A stretch of 64,000 nucleotides of DNA. Origin: Deltaproteobacteria bacterium CG11_big_fil_rev_8_21_14_0_20_45_16 (GTDB lineage Bacteria; Bdellovibrionota; UBA2394). The stretch lies in assembly GCA_002787535.1 (NCBI GenBank), contig PCXB01000063.1, forward strand, positions 11,935 to 75,934, read 5' to 3'. The stretch's first letter is position 1. Every line of letters begins with the position of its first letter. The notes beneath the pieces were generated by a model. It saw nothing but the letters and a program-made list of their open reading frames with translations, was not told the origin of the DNA and ran no database searches. Position numbers and translations under genes: made by a program. Positions 10,396 through 19,625 of this stretch are shown here, piece after piece.

Positions 10396-10878
10396 ATGTT
10401 TTATATTGAACTTACTAAAGATCGATTTAAGTTTTCGGTGGCTCATTTTACCATTCTTTCGCCGACTCAAAGCGAGAGATTGCATGGGCATAATTATTAT
10501 TTAAATCTCAAGTTTGGTTTTTCTGAATTGGACAAAGATTTGGCCTTGGCGGTGGATATGAATCTGCTCAAAGACATTGTGCAAACCGCGTGTGACAAAT
10601 TGGATGAGCGAGTTCTTGTAGCTGAAAAATCTCCCTATCTTGAACTACATAAAGATCAAGGTTCCCTGGAAATTAAATTTCAGAAGAAAGTCTATCGGTT
10701 GCCTTTGGAGGATGTTTTGTTGTTGCCCCTTACTAATATAAGCTGCGAGGCGCTTGCAGAATATTTGGCGCGTGAGCTGGCCTTGGCTTTGAGAGGCAAA
10801 GTCTCCGTTCAGAGGCTTACGCTCCAGCTGTCTGAGACTCGGGGTCAGGCGGCCGTTTATACGACTGAAAATCCTTAA
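10396..10878 (+). CDS. 6-pyruvoyl-tetrahydropterin synthase family protein (PTPS/QueD-like)
   Basis: FSVAHFT...ERLHGHNY motif characteristic of the PTPS fold. Confidence 0.65.
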   Translation: MFYIELTKDRFKFSVAHFTILSPTQSERLHGHNYYLNLKFGFSELDKDLALAVDMNLLKDIVQTACDKLDERVLVAEKSPYLELHKDQGSLEIKFQKKVYRLPLEDVLLLPLTNISCEALAEYLARELALALRGKVSVQRLTLQLSETRGQAAVYTTENP

Positions 10879-10937
10879 TTTTAGAATAAATTTGAAGGGG
10901 GTTGACAGGATATGGGGGCCGCCTAGTTTATATAAAT

Positions 10938-11294
10938 ATGCCCATTTACGAATACCGACGAAAAACGGACGGTTCAGTTTTTGAAGTCGTGCAAAAGGCG
11001 GGAGACCCTGTATTGGAGGTATGTCCTACGACAGGTGTTCCGGTAGAAAAATTGATCTCAAGGTCCTCATTTCAGCTCAAAGGCGGGGGCTGGTATACGA
11101 CGGATTATAAGAACGCGGGGACAGCGCCCTCACCGGTCGAGACGCTTTCGAGCGAGGCGACACCAGCTGCAGCAAGTTCGGGCAGCGAGGCCGCTAGCAG
11201 TGAAACCAAAGGGCCAGAGGCTCCCGCAAGCTCCGAAAAGTCCGGAGGCTGCACCAAGCCTGGGTGTGGGGGATCCGGCCATTGTAGCAGTTAA
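10938..11294 (+). CDS. FmdB-family zinc-ribbon protein (degenerate N-terminal CxxC)
   Basis: MPIYEYR start, and a Gly/Ser/Ala-rich tail ending CTKPGCGGSGHCSS, as in FmdB-family regulators. Confidence 0.5.
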   Translation: MPIYEYRRKTDGSVFEVVQKAGDPVLEVCPTTGVPVEKLISRSSFQLKGGGWYTTDYKNAGTAPSPVETLSSEATPAAASSGSEAASSETKGPEAPASSEKSGGCTKPGCGGSGHCSS

Positions 11295-11341
11295 GGCTTC
11301 AAGATTTGCGATCTGCTTCGAAGCTGTGTAGTTTTGAGTTG

Positions 11342-12667
11342 ATGCGTCACGGACTTCCCAAGTCGTTTACGATTAAAAACGTGGATATATGGAATGCAGA
11401 TGCCGTTCGCAGCTCGGTCGATCTAGAAATCAAAAATGGAAAGATTGAAAAAATCTCCGACTTGAAAGCTAAGACGCCAGCTCGATTTGCATTGATCCCC
11501 AGTGGTGTTGATAATCAGGTTCATCTTCGAGTTCCTGGACAGGAACAGAAGGAGACGGCAGAAACCGGACTTAAGGCCGCGCTCTTTGGGGGTTATGGAG
11601 CGGTTCTCAGTATGCCCAACACTAGGCCGGTCATTGATGACACCGATATTTTGAAGCAAGCTCAATCTATGGTTCGGTCGGCAGAGGATTTTTTTGGTGT
11701 GCGGACCTATTTTTCTGCGGCCATCTCTAAGCGGCAGGAGGGTCGCGAGCTTGTTGATTTTAAAAACTTGGCCGACGCGGGGGCAAAGGCTTTCACGGAC
11801 GATGGTGTTGGTTTGGCCTCGGATGAGTTAATGGCGGAAGCCTTTTCAAAGCTTGAATCTGTTGGGCTTCCTCTTTTGCAACACTCCGAGTTTTTGGGAC
11901 ATCATGGCGTGCTGGCTCCAGGGCCTGTTCAGAAGAATTTAGGAGTGAAAGACTATCCAGATGAACCTGAAATTGCAATGTTGCGGCGTGACTTGCAGCT
12001 ACTTCAAAAATTTCCAAAAGCGCGGTACCATCTTTTGCACGCGACAAGTCGCCGAGTTTTGCCTGTCTTGGCAGAAGCTCGCAAACTCAAGCTAAAAGTT
12101 AGTGCCGAAGTTAGTCCTCATCATTTATATTTTAATGTTGGGGATATCGATCCGACTAATACGGCCTTCAAAATGAATCCTCCAATTCGCTCAGCTCAAG
12201 ATCAATCAGATCTGCTAAATGCACTCGTTGAAGGGCAGATTGATTTTGTGGCGACGGATCATGCACCTCATACGGCGGAGGATAAAGGTTCAGATTTTAC
12301 AAAGTCAGCCTTTGGAACCTTGGGTTTGGAAACCGCGTTGCCAGTACTCTTAAAATTTTGGCAGGAAGCTAAGATTAGTGCGTCGCGACTGGTCGAAGTG
12401 TTTTCGACAGGACCAGCGCGATTTTTGGGAGTTGAGGATGAATTTGGCAGGCTGGAGGAGGGGCGAGCCCTGCGCGCTGTTTTGATCGATCCAGGTTCGG
12501 CACCGAGAAAATTTCGCTTAGAAGACATCCATTCAAAATCAAAAAACTCTTGCTTTATAGATCGGAGCCTCGTGATGGGCTTACGATTGCATTTCAATTT
12601 TAGGGGTATTTTTAATGCTTCTGAGGGCTTTAAGCTGGATGAAGTGCTGTCTTGCCCGCTAGAATGA
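11342..12667 (+). CDS. pyrC: Dihydroorotase-like cyclic amidohydrolase (HxH motif altered to QxH)
   Basis: Motifs GVDNQVHLRVPG, SMPNTRPVIDD, AFTDDG and DHAPH; about 440 aa, consistent with the long-form dihydroorotases. Confidence 0.6.
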   Translation: MRHGLPKSFTIKNVDIWNADAVRSSVDLEIKNGKIEKISDLKAKTPARFALIPSGVDNQVHLRVPGQEQKETAETGLKAALFGGYGAVLSMPNTRPVIDDTDILKQAQSMVRSAEDFFGVRTYFSAAISKRQEGRELVDFKNLADAGAKAFTDDGVGLASDELMAEAFSKLESVGLPLLQHSEFLGHHGVLAPGPVQKNLGVKDYPDEPEIAMLRRDLQLLQKFPKARYHLLHATSRRVLPVLAEARKLKLKVSAEVSPHHLYFNVGDIDPTNTAFKMNPPIRSAQDQSDLLNALVEGQIDFVATDHAPHTAEDKGSDFTKSAFGTLGLETALPVLLKFWQEAKISASRLVEVFSTGPARFLGVEDEFGRLEEGRALRAVLIDPGSAPRKFRLEDIHSKSKNSCFIDRSLVMGLRLHFNFRGIFNASEGFKLDEVLSCPLE

Positions 12668-12673
12668 GAATTT

Positions 12674-13648
12674 GTGATTAAGGTGCCGGCAATGATGAAA
12701 TCTAATGAGTTTGGATTCAAGCAGGATGTTAAGATTATTGATTTGTTAAAGAGTCAGAAATTCACTTTCTCGGCTGAAATCATCCCCCCCCGAAACGGGG
12801 TGGAACAAGTTAAAGTTCTCGATCAGATTAAAGTTTTAATTTCGGCGGGAGCCGAATTTTTTTCCGTTACTAAGGGTGCGGGCGGTAGTTTGCGCGGAGG
12901 AAGTTTGCCAATCAGTCAGGCCATTAAGGATCAGTTTGGGGTTCCCTGTATTGCGCACTTTACCTGTCGAGATATGACGCCGCAAGAAGTTGAGAATCAA
13001 TTAATGGATCATCATTATTTTGGAATTAGAAATATTCTTGCACTTCGTGGAGATCCGCCCACGGACCAGCCGGATTGGCGGCCTCATTCTGAGTCCCTTC
13101 GCTATGCTTATCAATTGATTCGTCAAATTAGGGAGCTTAATGAAGGAAGATTTTTACCAAGGCCAGGAGCGCGATCGGACCAGAATCAAGTTGCTACGGA
13201 CTTTTGTATCGGTGCCGCGGTTTACCCGGAACATCCCGTGGCGTCTGAGAAAATTGAGTTTCTTAAGATGAAAGTCGATGAGGGCGCGGAATATGGCATT
13301 ACGCAGATGATTTTTGACGCGAGTGTTTATGCACAATTCCTGGAGGATTGCGCTAAGCAGGGGCTTCAAGTTCCTATACTTCCAGGGAGTCTAATACTAC
13401 GGTCGCAGGCTCAGGCGCATCGAATGATGAAGAGATTTGGAATTCAGGTTTCAGCAAAAATAATGAACAAACTTCCTGCAGAAAGGGAAGCAAACGGTGT
13501 GGGTCGAGTGGTCGACTTATTTTTGGAATATTTGGAAGATCTAAAAAGAGTGGGCGCCCCCGGTGTCCATTTATTTGTAATGTCCGATATTGAGGCATCC
13601 TCTGGAGCTCTGGAGAAAATGAAATTACTGGAGGTGGGCGATGGATAG
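12674..13648 (+). CDS. metF: 5,10-methylenetetrahydrofolate reductase
   Basis: FSAEIIPPRNG...FFSVTKGAGGS...CIAHFTCRD...ALRGDPP matches the MetF fingerprint. Confidence 0.8.
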   Translation: MIKVPAMMKSNEFGFKQDVKIIDLLKSQKFTFSAEIIPPRNGVEQVKVLDQIKVLISAGAEFFSVTKGAGGSLRGGSLPISQAIKDQFGVPCIAHFTCRDMTPQEVENQLMDHHYFGIRNILALRGDPPTDQPDWRPHSESLRYAYQLIRQIRELNEGRFLPRPGARSDQNQVATDFCIGAAVYPEHPVASEKIEFLKMKVDEGAEYGITQMIFDASVYAQFLEDCAKQGLQVPILPGSLILRSQAQAHRMMKRFGIQVSAKIMNKLPAEREANGVGRVVDLFLEYLEDLKRVGAPGVHLFVMSDIEASSGALEKMKLLEVGDG

Positions 13649-14054
13649 TAAACTTCTTGAGCATTTGCATGAGGAAGCGAAATTAGCTCGAGAGTTTTCG
13701 CATAGCCCGTATTCTCGCTTTGCGGTGGGAGCCGCTCTTAAGTTAAAGGATTCCGACAAGATTATTCGTGGTTGCAATATTGAAAACGCGTCGATCGGGG
13801 CAACGATTTGTGCTGAGAGAGTTGCTCTTGTTAAACTGCGCTCCGAGAATAAAAAGCCTCAGATCGAGGCCATTATGATCGTAACGGCGGAAGCCAAGGC
13901 AACGCCACCTTGCGGAATTTGTCTACAGAGTCTGGCAGAATTTTGTGGACCTGATCTGGAAATTTATCTAGCGAATTTATCGGGAGTCATGGAAAAGCTT
14001 CAATTCAAAGACTTGTTGCCTCGGACCTTTCGAAGTTTTGAGTCTAACCTATGA
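13641..14054 (+). CDS. cdd: Cytidine deaminase
   Basis: CAERVAL (HAE/CAE zinc site) and PCGICLQ (PCGxCRQ) motifs; about 135 aa. Confidence 0.85.
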   Translation: MDSKLLEHLHEEAKLAREFSHSPYSRFAVGAALKLKDSDKIIRGCNIENASIGATICAERVALVKLRSENKKPQIEAIMIVTAEAKATPPCGICLQSLAEFCGPDLEIYLANLSGVMEKLQFKDLLPRTFRSFESNL

Positions 14055-15535
14055 TAACGCGGGACAGTCAGATTTATAATTCCCTTAGTCGGCGCAAGGA
14101 AAAGCTTATAACACGCAAGGAAGGGAAGCTGAGTTTCTATTCTTGTGGACCAACGGTTTATAATCTTATTCATGTGGGCAATTTGCGAAGTGCCCTGGTG
14201 GCAGACCTTTTTTATCGTTTTTGGAAGCAGATTGGTTTTGATGTTATTTTTACTCGAAACTATACAGACGTAGACGACAAGATCATTCATCGCGCTCAGG
14301 AAGATAATCTCACGGCGCAGGAAGTTGCCGAAAAATTTATTGAAGAGGTGGAGAAGGATTACGAAAAGGCGGGATGTCTGGATCCGACTTACAGACCGAG
14401 AGTCACCGACACGATGATGGAAATCATTGGGTTAATTGAGCAAATTGTTTCTCGAGGCTCGGGCTATGTTATTGATGGCAATGTTGTGTTCTCGGTGGAT
14501 AGCTTCAAGGATTATGGGAAGCTGTCTGGCAAGCATTTGGAGGACCTTGAAGTGGGAGCACGGGTGGATCGTGACACTCGGAAAAGAAATCCGTTGGATT
14601 TTTATTTGTGGAAGGCAAGCAAGGAAGGTGAACCTTTCTGGGAAAGTCCATGGGGCAAGGGTCGGCCAGGTTGGCACATTGAATGCTCGGCGATGATTCA
14701 GAAGTTGCTTGGCAATCAAATTGATGTTCATCATGGCGGAAGCGATCTGATCTTTCCACACCATGAAAACGAAATTGCTCAGAGTGAGGCGGGTAGTGGA
14801 AAGGCACCTTTTGTTCGCTATTGGTTGCATCACGCCTTTGTGACAATCAATCAGGAGAAAATGTCGAAAAGTCTAGGTAATGTTTTTTCGGCCCGCGAGT
14901 TTTTAAATAAGTTTTCGGGCGAGATGGCTCGATATATGTTTCTTACACCTCACTATCGTTCACCAATCGATTTTTCAGAAAATGCAGTCTGGTCGGCTGC
15001 CAAGGCTTTGGAGCGAATTTATGAGGCGAAAAACCTGGCTGAAGATTGCGTGGCGCTTTCCTCTCAGGCGATAAAAAACCAAGCTTTTGAAGAATTTATC
15101 GCAAAGATTTCGGAAGAGTTTTACTCGGCTATGTCTGACGATTTTCATACGCCTGTGGCCATTTCAAAAGTTTTTGATCTTATTAAGGAATATAACAGAC
15201 TGGCCTATCAAGGTTCAAATGATGATAAAGCTGGACGTGCGAAAAGCTTTCTTCGATTTCTATCAGAGGTTCTCGTTCCTATCTTTGGCTTTGGTGGTGA
15301 TAACTCCAAAGAGGTTTTGGTGCGCTTGAGTGAGATTCAAAAATCTATCAAAGGCTGGGATGAGTCCGGGCCTGAGCAGCTCAGTGCAACCGAAATCGAA
15401 AGTTTTATCTCTGAGCGCGAACTGGCACGAAAGCAAAAAGATTTCAAGAGGTCGGATAAAATTCGTGATGAGTTATTGGCAAAAGGTGTCGAACTCAAAG
15501 ATACGCCGCTTGGCCCCAAATGGTCCTATCGTTAA
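14051..15535 (+). CDS. cysS: Cysteinyl-tRNA synthetase
   Basis: FYSCGPTVYNLIHVGN (HIGH-type) and KMSKSLGN motifs. It overlaps the cdd stop by 4 nt. Confidence 0.9.
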   Translation: MITRDSQIYNSLSRRKEKLITRKEGKLSFYSCGPTVYNLIHVGNLRSALVADLFYRFWKQIGFDVIFTRNYTDVDDKIIHRAQEDNLTAQEVAEKFIEEVEKDYEKAGCLDPTYRPRVTDTMMEIIGLIEQIVSRGSGYVIDGNVVFSVDSFKDYGKLSGKHLEDLEVGARVDRDTRKRNPLDFYLWKASKEGEPFWESPWGKGRPGWHIECSAMIQKLLGNQIDVHHGGSDLIFPHHENEIAQSEAGSGKAPFVRYWLHHAFVTINQEKMSKSLGNVFSAREFLNKFSGEMARYMFLTPHYRSPIDFSENAVWSAAKALERIYEAKNLAEDCVALSSQAIKNQAFEEFIAKISEEFYSAMSDDFHTPVAISKVFDLIKEYNRLAYQGSNDDKAGRAKSFLRFLSEVLVPIFGFGGDNSKEVLVRLSEIQKSIKGWDESGPEQLSATEIESFISERELARKQKDFKRSDKIRDELLAKGVELKDTPLGPKWSYR

Positions 15536-15661
15536 ATCCCTAGAACTGCCCATCTATTTACTCTGTAATTCTTGCTTACACTGAAAATTTCATCAGATTG
15601 ACCGCCTTTCAAGACGAATTAGACTAGAAGAAGATTCGGAGTATAGAGGGAGATAAGGGCC

Positions 15662-15868
15662 ATGGTAAAAAAAAGGTCTGAGAGTCAGCCAGAATTTTTC
15701 ATTCAAAAATTCGGTGAAGACGATTTAGACGAAATTCTAGAGGAAGAGATGGACTGGAATGAGTATGTGAAGTCTGATGCATCGAGGCTGGGGAGCTTGG
15801 GAGAGCATATCAAAGCAAGGCAGACTTCGGCCTCGGCTCCTAAAAAGAGAAAAATTAAATCAGGTTAG
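15662..15868 (+). CDS. Small acidic hypothetical protein
   Basis: 68-aa ORF in a 125-bp gap after cysS. It has no recognisable motif and is a weak call. Confidence 0.25.
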   Translation: MVKKRSESQPEFFIQKFGEDDLDEILEEEMDWNEYVKSDASRLGSLGEHIKARQTSASAPKKRKIKSG

Positions 15869-16835
15869 TGCCGAATAGATGTAAAATATAAAAAATGTAA
15901 ATCATTACCAAAATCAAAGCTTCCCATTGAACGAGACGGTATCCTGTTCGAAAGAAAATAATGACCAAGGTTGTAGTGAGAAGGCAGAAGGGCAAATCAA
16001 ACTGAGTGAGACTCTTGGATACCTGTAAACCATCCGGAGTAATCAAAGCACTTATTCCGCCCACGCACATAAAATTAAAGATATTACTTCCTACTACATT
16101 ACCTACGGCAATTTCACTTTGAGACCGAAGGGCGGCTATGGTCGAAGTGGCAAGTTCAGGAAGTGAAGTACCAAGAGATACCAGAGTCAGTCCGATGACA
16201 AGCTCACTCACACCAAAATAGCGAGCAAGGGTCACCGCTCCATCGACAAATAATTGAGATCCAGCAACAAGTGTTCCAAGTCCGATTAAGATTAAGGCGA
16301 TACATATGGAGATAAATCGAAAAGATTTTTCAAATTTAACTTCTCCTTCAATTTCTTTAACTTCTCCTTCAATTTCAGAAAGCCTTTCAAATTTACTTTG
16401 CTTAATTTGGAGCCAAATATAGGCGATCAGGCCTATGAACAAAATGGCACCTTCCCAGGTTGAAATGTTTCCTGACCAAGCAAATACAAAAACCAGAAGG
16501 CCGGAGCCAAGTAAGATCGGCATTTCACGATGAAGAGAATGCTTTTTGATCGCAAGTGGCGTAATCAATCCGGCCACTCCAATTATCACGAGGAGATTAA
16601 AGATATTGCTTCCGACGATATTGCCAAGTGCTATGTCGGCCTTCCCATTCCAGGATGACCAAAGACTGACGGCCAATTCGGGGGCACTTGTGCCAAAGGC
16701 TACTACCGTTAAGCCAACGACCATCGCCGATATCTTAAAAATCCCTGAAAATCTAACGGCGCCTTTGACGAGCCAATCGGCACCAAAACCAAGAAGAAAT
16801 AACCCACCGATAAGTTTTAAAATCGCAAGGAACAT
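15855..16835 (-). CDS. Ca2+/Na+ antiporter, CaCA (YrbG-like) family
   Basis: Two alpha-repeats, GTSAPELAVS and GTSLPELATS, flank a cytoplasmic loop that carries a 21-bp in-frame duplication. Confidence 0.8.
   Translation of the reverse strand: MFLAILKLIGGLFLLGFGADWLVKGAVRFSGIFKISAMVVGLTVVAFGTSAPELAVSLWSSWNGKADIALGNIVGSNIFNLLVIIGVAGLITPLAIKKHSLHREMPILLGSGLLVFVFAWSGNISTWEGAILFIGLIAYIWLQIKQSKFERLSEIEGEVKEIEGEVKFEKSFRFISICIALILIGLGTLVAGSQLFVDGAVTLARYFGVSELVIGLTLVSLGTSLPELATSTIAALRSQSEIAVGNVVGSNIFNFMCVGGISALITPDGLQVSKSLTQFDLPFCLLTTTLVIIFFRTGYRLVQWEALILVMIYIFYILHLFGTNLI
16335..16376. repeat. Perfect 21-bp tandem duplication (TTTAACTTCTCCTTCAATTTC x2) inside the CaCA gene
   Basis: It reads directly from the sequence and gives EIEGEVK-EIEGEVK in the protein loop. 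Confidence 0.9.
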
Positions 16836-16838
16836 GGG

Positions 16839-18665
16839 TTAGTCTGAGGCTTGCTTTTCGAAACACCAATGGTGCCAAAGATTTGATTTTACGATGGGTG
16901 AGGGATTTCCTGATAACTGAGTTCGTTCCTCCATAAAAATCATATCAAAACTCTCGAGTTTCTCTTGAACTGGATGGCTGTCATTCCATTCTCGGCAAAT
17001 ATATTTTCCAAGAAATATCCTGTGTTTTTGAAAGTTTTTCTTTCGAAGATTCATCATATACTTTCGCCAACGCTGACGCGGGTAGCTGTCCACTATGGAA
17101 GCTGGTCGATCGTAAGTTAATTGAGTGTCGCCATACATAATATAGCGAAACACATCTACCTCCTTACCATCGCGCAGTTTTCCTGGAAAGACATACCAAC
17201 CGTCAATTTTTAGAGGATAAGGGGCAAACATATTCCACTTTTGATCCAGCCGAAGATAGAGAGAGACTTTTCGCATAGACTCCGGCATCGGGCTGTAAGT
17301 GTCGTAGGTCCTCCAATTCCACCACAGGCAACAAATAATGAAATATAAAGCGACCACCTGGAGCCATCTACCTGCTTGGTAGTGTGGCTTTCGTTCGTAT
17401 AAGTGGCGAGTGAAGTGACCCATGAATTTTCGATGATTGGCGATCCAGCGATAGGCGTGATCACCAAAAAAGTAAAATGGTTTAAGAGTCCAGAGTCGAG
17501 CTTTCCAAAATCCAATCGGTGAAGATCGCAAAAGCAAAATGATTCCATCAAAACGAAAGTGGTATTTCAAATTGCGATCTTCGACGACCCATGAATTTTC
17601 TTGGGTCATAGCGGCCATGGCCCGGGGATGGTCCTGAGCTTTTGCGTAAGGGATGCTTTCCAGGCAAAGAAAACAACGAAGAATTTTTAGAATCTTTCGG
17701 CAAAATCCACAGTCCGCATCGTAGTATATTTTATGGACCAGTTGAGGGGACAGTCGCTTGTCAAGAAAACTCCAAAAGCTACCCGGCAGGAGAGCGACAA
17801 AGGCCGTGATGCAAATCCATGGAAAGAGTCCAAGTTTCATGGTCATAGCAAAGCCCAGATGAAGAGCAAAAAAAGAAAGAATGCCAATCATTCGAGTCCA
17901 GCTTTGGAAAAAAGGAAGCACCAAAAGAAAGCCCCCGAGTAGTTCTAGATACCAAACAGGAAGCGTCATCAATCGCAACAAAGCTGGAAAATTTAAAAGA
18001 TATTTTCCAAAGTCTGTCGCGAATTGATCAATAGAGAGAGCATAGTAAATGGCAGAATGAGATAGGTGCCATTCTGCCCCAGTTTTTAAAAGTGCTGCAA
18101 AAAAATAGACACTGATAATTTGAATAATATAGGCGATGCTTCCAATGGAGAAATGGGTGTCGGAGGGTTTTTCTTCCCTCGGATCAAGTGCTCGATCAAT
18201 TGAGTAGCGAGCACCAAGTGGCAAGAAAATAGCCCAAAAATATAAAAGCCTAAATTCAATATCGCCACCTTGAAGTACAACAGGCATGCGAGCTTGGATC
18301 GAAAGCATCAGGATCCAAGATATAAAGAGCATGAGTCGAGTTCGGTAGCCGACGATAAGCAGCAAGGCACAAAAACCGGTGATGGCAAATATCAAAATCT
18401 GAAACCATGCCTCGCCATTGATAAACTGTAAGGAGAGGTAATAGTAACGATAAAACTCATTAAGCATGGCCGATCGCGGCAAAACTCCCTCGTCGGTATA
18501 GTGCGCCACGAGATCCTGAGATCGATTGATGAGGTCCAATAAGACAAGGACGCCCAAGCATATTCTAAAGGCAGCCAGGGAGCGGAGATCAAGACTCCAG
18601 GATTTTCGGAAGGCTTTCAAAAACTGTACTTCACGAAAGAGCGAAGGCCAAAACTTTAGACCCAT
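16839..18665 (-). CDS. HTTM-domain membrane protein (vitamin K-dependent gamma-carboxylase-like) fused to a DCC/DUF393 thiol-disulfide oxidoreductase-like domain
   Basis: N-terminal LDLRSLAAFRICLGVLVLLDL and multiple TM helices (HTTM). The DUF393 signature YYDADCGFCRKILKIL lies in the C-terminal third. Confidence 0.6.
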   Translation of the reverse strand: MGLKFWPSLFREVQFLKAFRKSWSLDLRSLAAFRICLGVLVLLDLINRSQDLVAHYTDEGVLPRSAMLNEFYRYYYLSLQFINGEAWFQILIFAITGFCALLLIVGYRTRLMLFISWILMLSIQARMPVVLQGGDIEFRLLYFWAIFLPLGARYSIDRALDPREEKPSDTHFSIGSIAYIIQIISVYFFAALLKTGAEWHLSHSAIYYALSIDQFATDFGKYLLNFPALLRLMTLPVWYLELLGGFLLVLPFFQSWTRMIGILSFFALHLGFAMTMKLGLFPWICITAFVALLPGSFWSFLDKRLSPQLVHKIYYDADCGFCRKILKILRCFLCLESIPYAKAQDHPRAMAAMTQENSWVVEDRNLKYHFRFDGIILLLRSSPIGFWKARLWTLKPFYFFGDHAYRWIANHRKFMGHFTRHLYERKPHYQAGRWLQVVALYFIICCLWWNWRTYDTYSPMPESMRKVSLYLRLDQKWNMFAPYPLKIDGWYVFPGKLRDGKEVDVFRYIMYGDTQLTYDRPASIVDSYPRQRWRKYMMNLRKKNFQKHRIFLGKYICREWNDSHPVQEKLESFDMIFMEERTQLSGNPSPIVKSNLWHHWCFEKQASD

Positions 18666-18762
18666 AAGATTAAATTTTAACGGACTTAGCCGCCTCTTAA
18701 TAGATAAAGACGTGGAATTTGTGTCGGACTTTGGTTTAAATGGAGAGGTAGGAGAGATTATC

Positions 18763-19224
18763 GTGAAAAATAAAATAATTGGATTTCTATTAATTGGGGG
18801 AGTCTCAAGTGGAATTTCAAGCGCCTCTGGGGTGCTGGGTCAATCGCTTTGCGTAAATGTTGAAATGGCTGAATTACATAAAGAGGGCATGGAGTCCTCA
18901 GATATGGTCGTAAAGCTTATCCGTTACTCGCCGCTTCAGAAGCTCTCAAAGAAGAACGGATGGTACCAAGTGAAGGATTTGGATGATCACAAGGCTTGGA
19001 TTCGAGAGGATCAGGTCAGTACCAGCTTCGAATGTGCGGTCATTTCGAATGAGTTTGCCAATCTTCGTACCGGACCTGGATCAAGCTTTCCACAAACAGC
19101 CGGCGAGAAGGGCCTCAAATACCTTTCGTTCCGAGTGATCCAGAAAAAGTCGGATTGGGTGCAGCTGGAGGATGCTGAGGGCGACCTAGCCTGGGTGCAT
19201 TCGCCGCTAGTCTGGATGCCCTGA
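18763..19224 (+). CDS. Secreted SH3b-domain protein
   Basis: GTG start 8 nt after a GGAGAG RBS, signal-like VKNKIIGFLLIGGVSSGISSASG, and two SH3_3-like segments (YQVKDLDDHKAWIRE; VQLEDAEGDLAWVH). Confidence 0.5.
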   Translation: MKNKIIGFLLIGGVSSGISSASGVLGQSLCVNVEMAELHKEGMESSDMVVKLIRYSPLQKLSKKNGWYQVKDLDDHKAWIREDQVSTSFECAVISNEFANLRTGPGSSFPQTAGEKGLKYLSFRVIQKKSDWVQLEDAEGDLAWVHSPLVWMP

Positions 19225-19314
19225 AACCGAGGAGTTTTTGGGGTAATCGCTAGGTCAAATTCCCCTATCTTTTGCATAGTCGTCCTTTAAGCCCGTTTAA
19301 AGCTGCCTACAGCT

Positions 19315-19330
19315 TGGCATGGCACTTGCA
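19315..19330 (+). promoter_or_regulatory. Sigma-54-type -24/-12 promoter candidate (TGGCATGGCACTTGCA)
   Basis: GG and GC are spaced exactly as in the consensus TGGCACG-N4-TTGCW. It lies in a 400-bp non-coding gap. Confidence 0.4.
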
Positions 19331-19345
19331 TCTCTATCGCTCGTG

Positions 19346-19618
19346 ATGAGTTATCTGGGAGTCATTTTAGTAGCCTTTTTATCGAGTATTTGTTTATGCC
19401 AAGCAGCCGAGTCGGTTAAGATTTCGTCCACTTGTTTTTGTTTAGGCCAAATCTATCGAAGCGGTGAAAAACTATCGAACAAAATGAATGGCGGCCTTCA
19501 AAAAACGAAAGATTCAAAGTCTCACTCTAAAGAACGAGATAGTTTAGAGTTCTCCGATTTCTTAAACGAAAATATTCGTTTCAATCAACACAGTCTGTTT
19601 CTTAGTCTTAGCTTCTAA
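19346..19618 (+). CDS. Small hypothetical secreted protein (weak call)
   Basis: Signal-like MSYLGVILVAFLSSICLCQAA lies immediately downstream of the sigma-54-like motif. There is no clear RBS. Confidence 0.2.
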   Translation: MSYLGVILVAFLSSICLCQAAESVKISSTCFCLGQIYRSGEKLSNKMNGGLQKTKDSKSHSKERDSLEFSDFLNENIRFNQHSLFLSLSF

Positions 19619-19625
19619 TCGTATA

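Noticed and set aside
14660-14680. TGGCAC...TGC sigma-54-like string inside cysS
   Set aside because: It is intragenic, the -12 element is ATGC rather than TTGC, and there is no downstream gene start.
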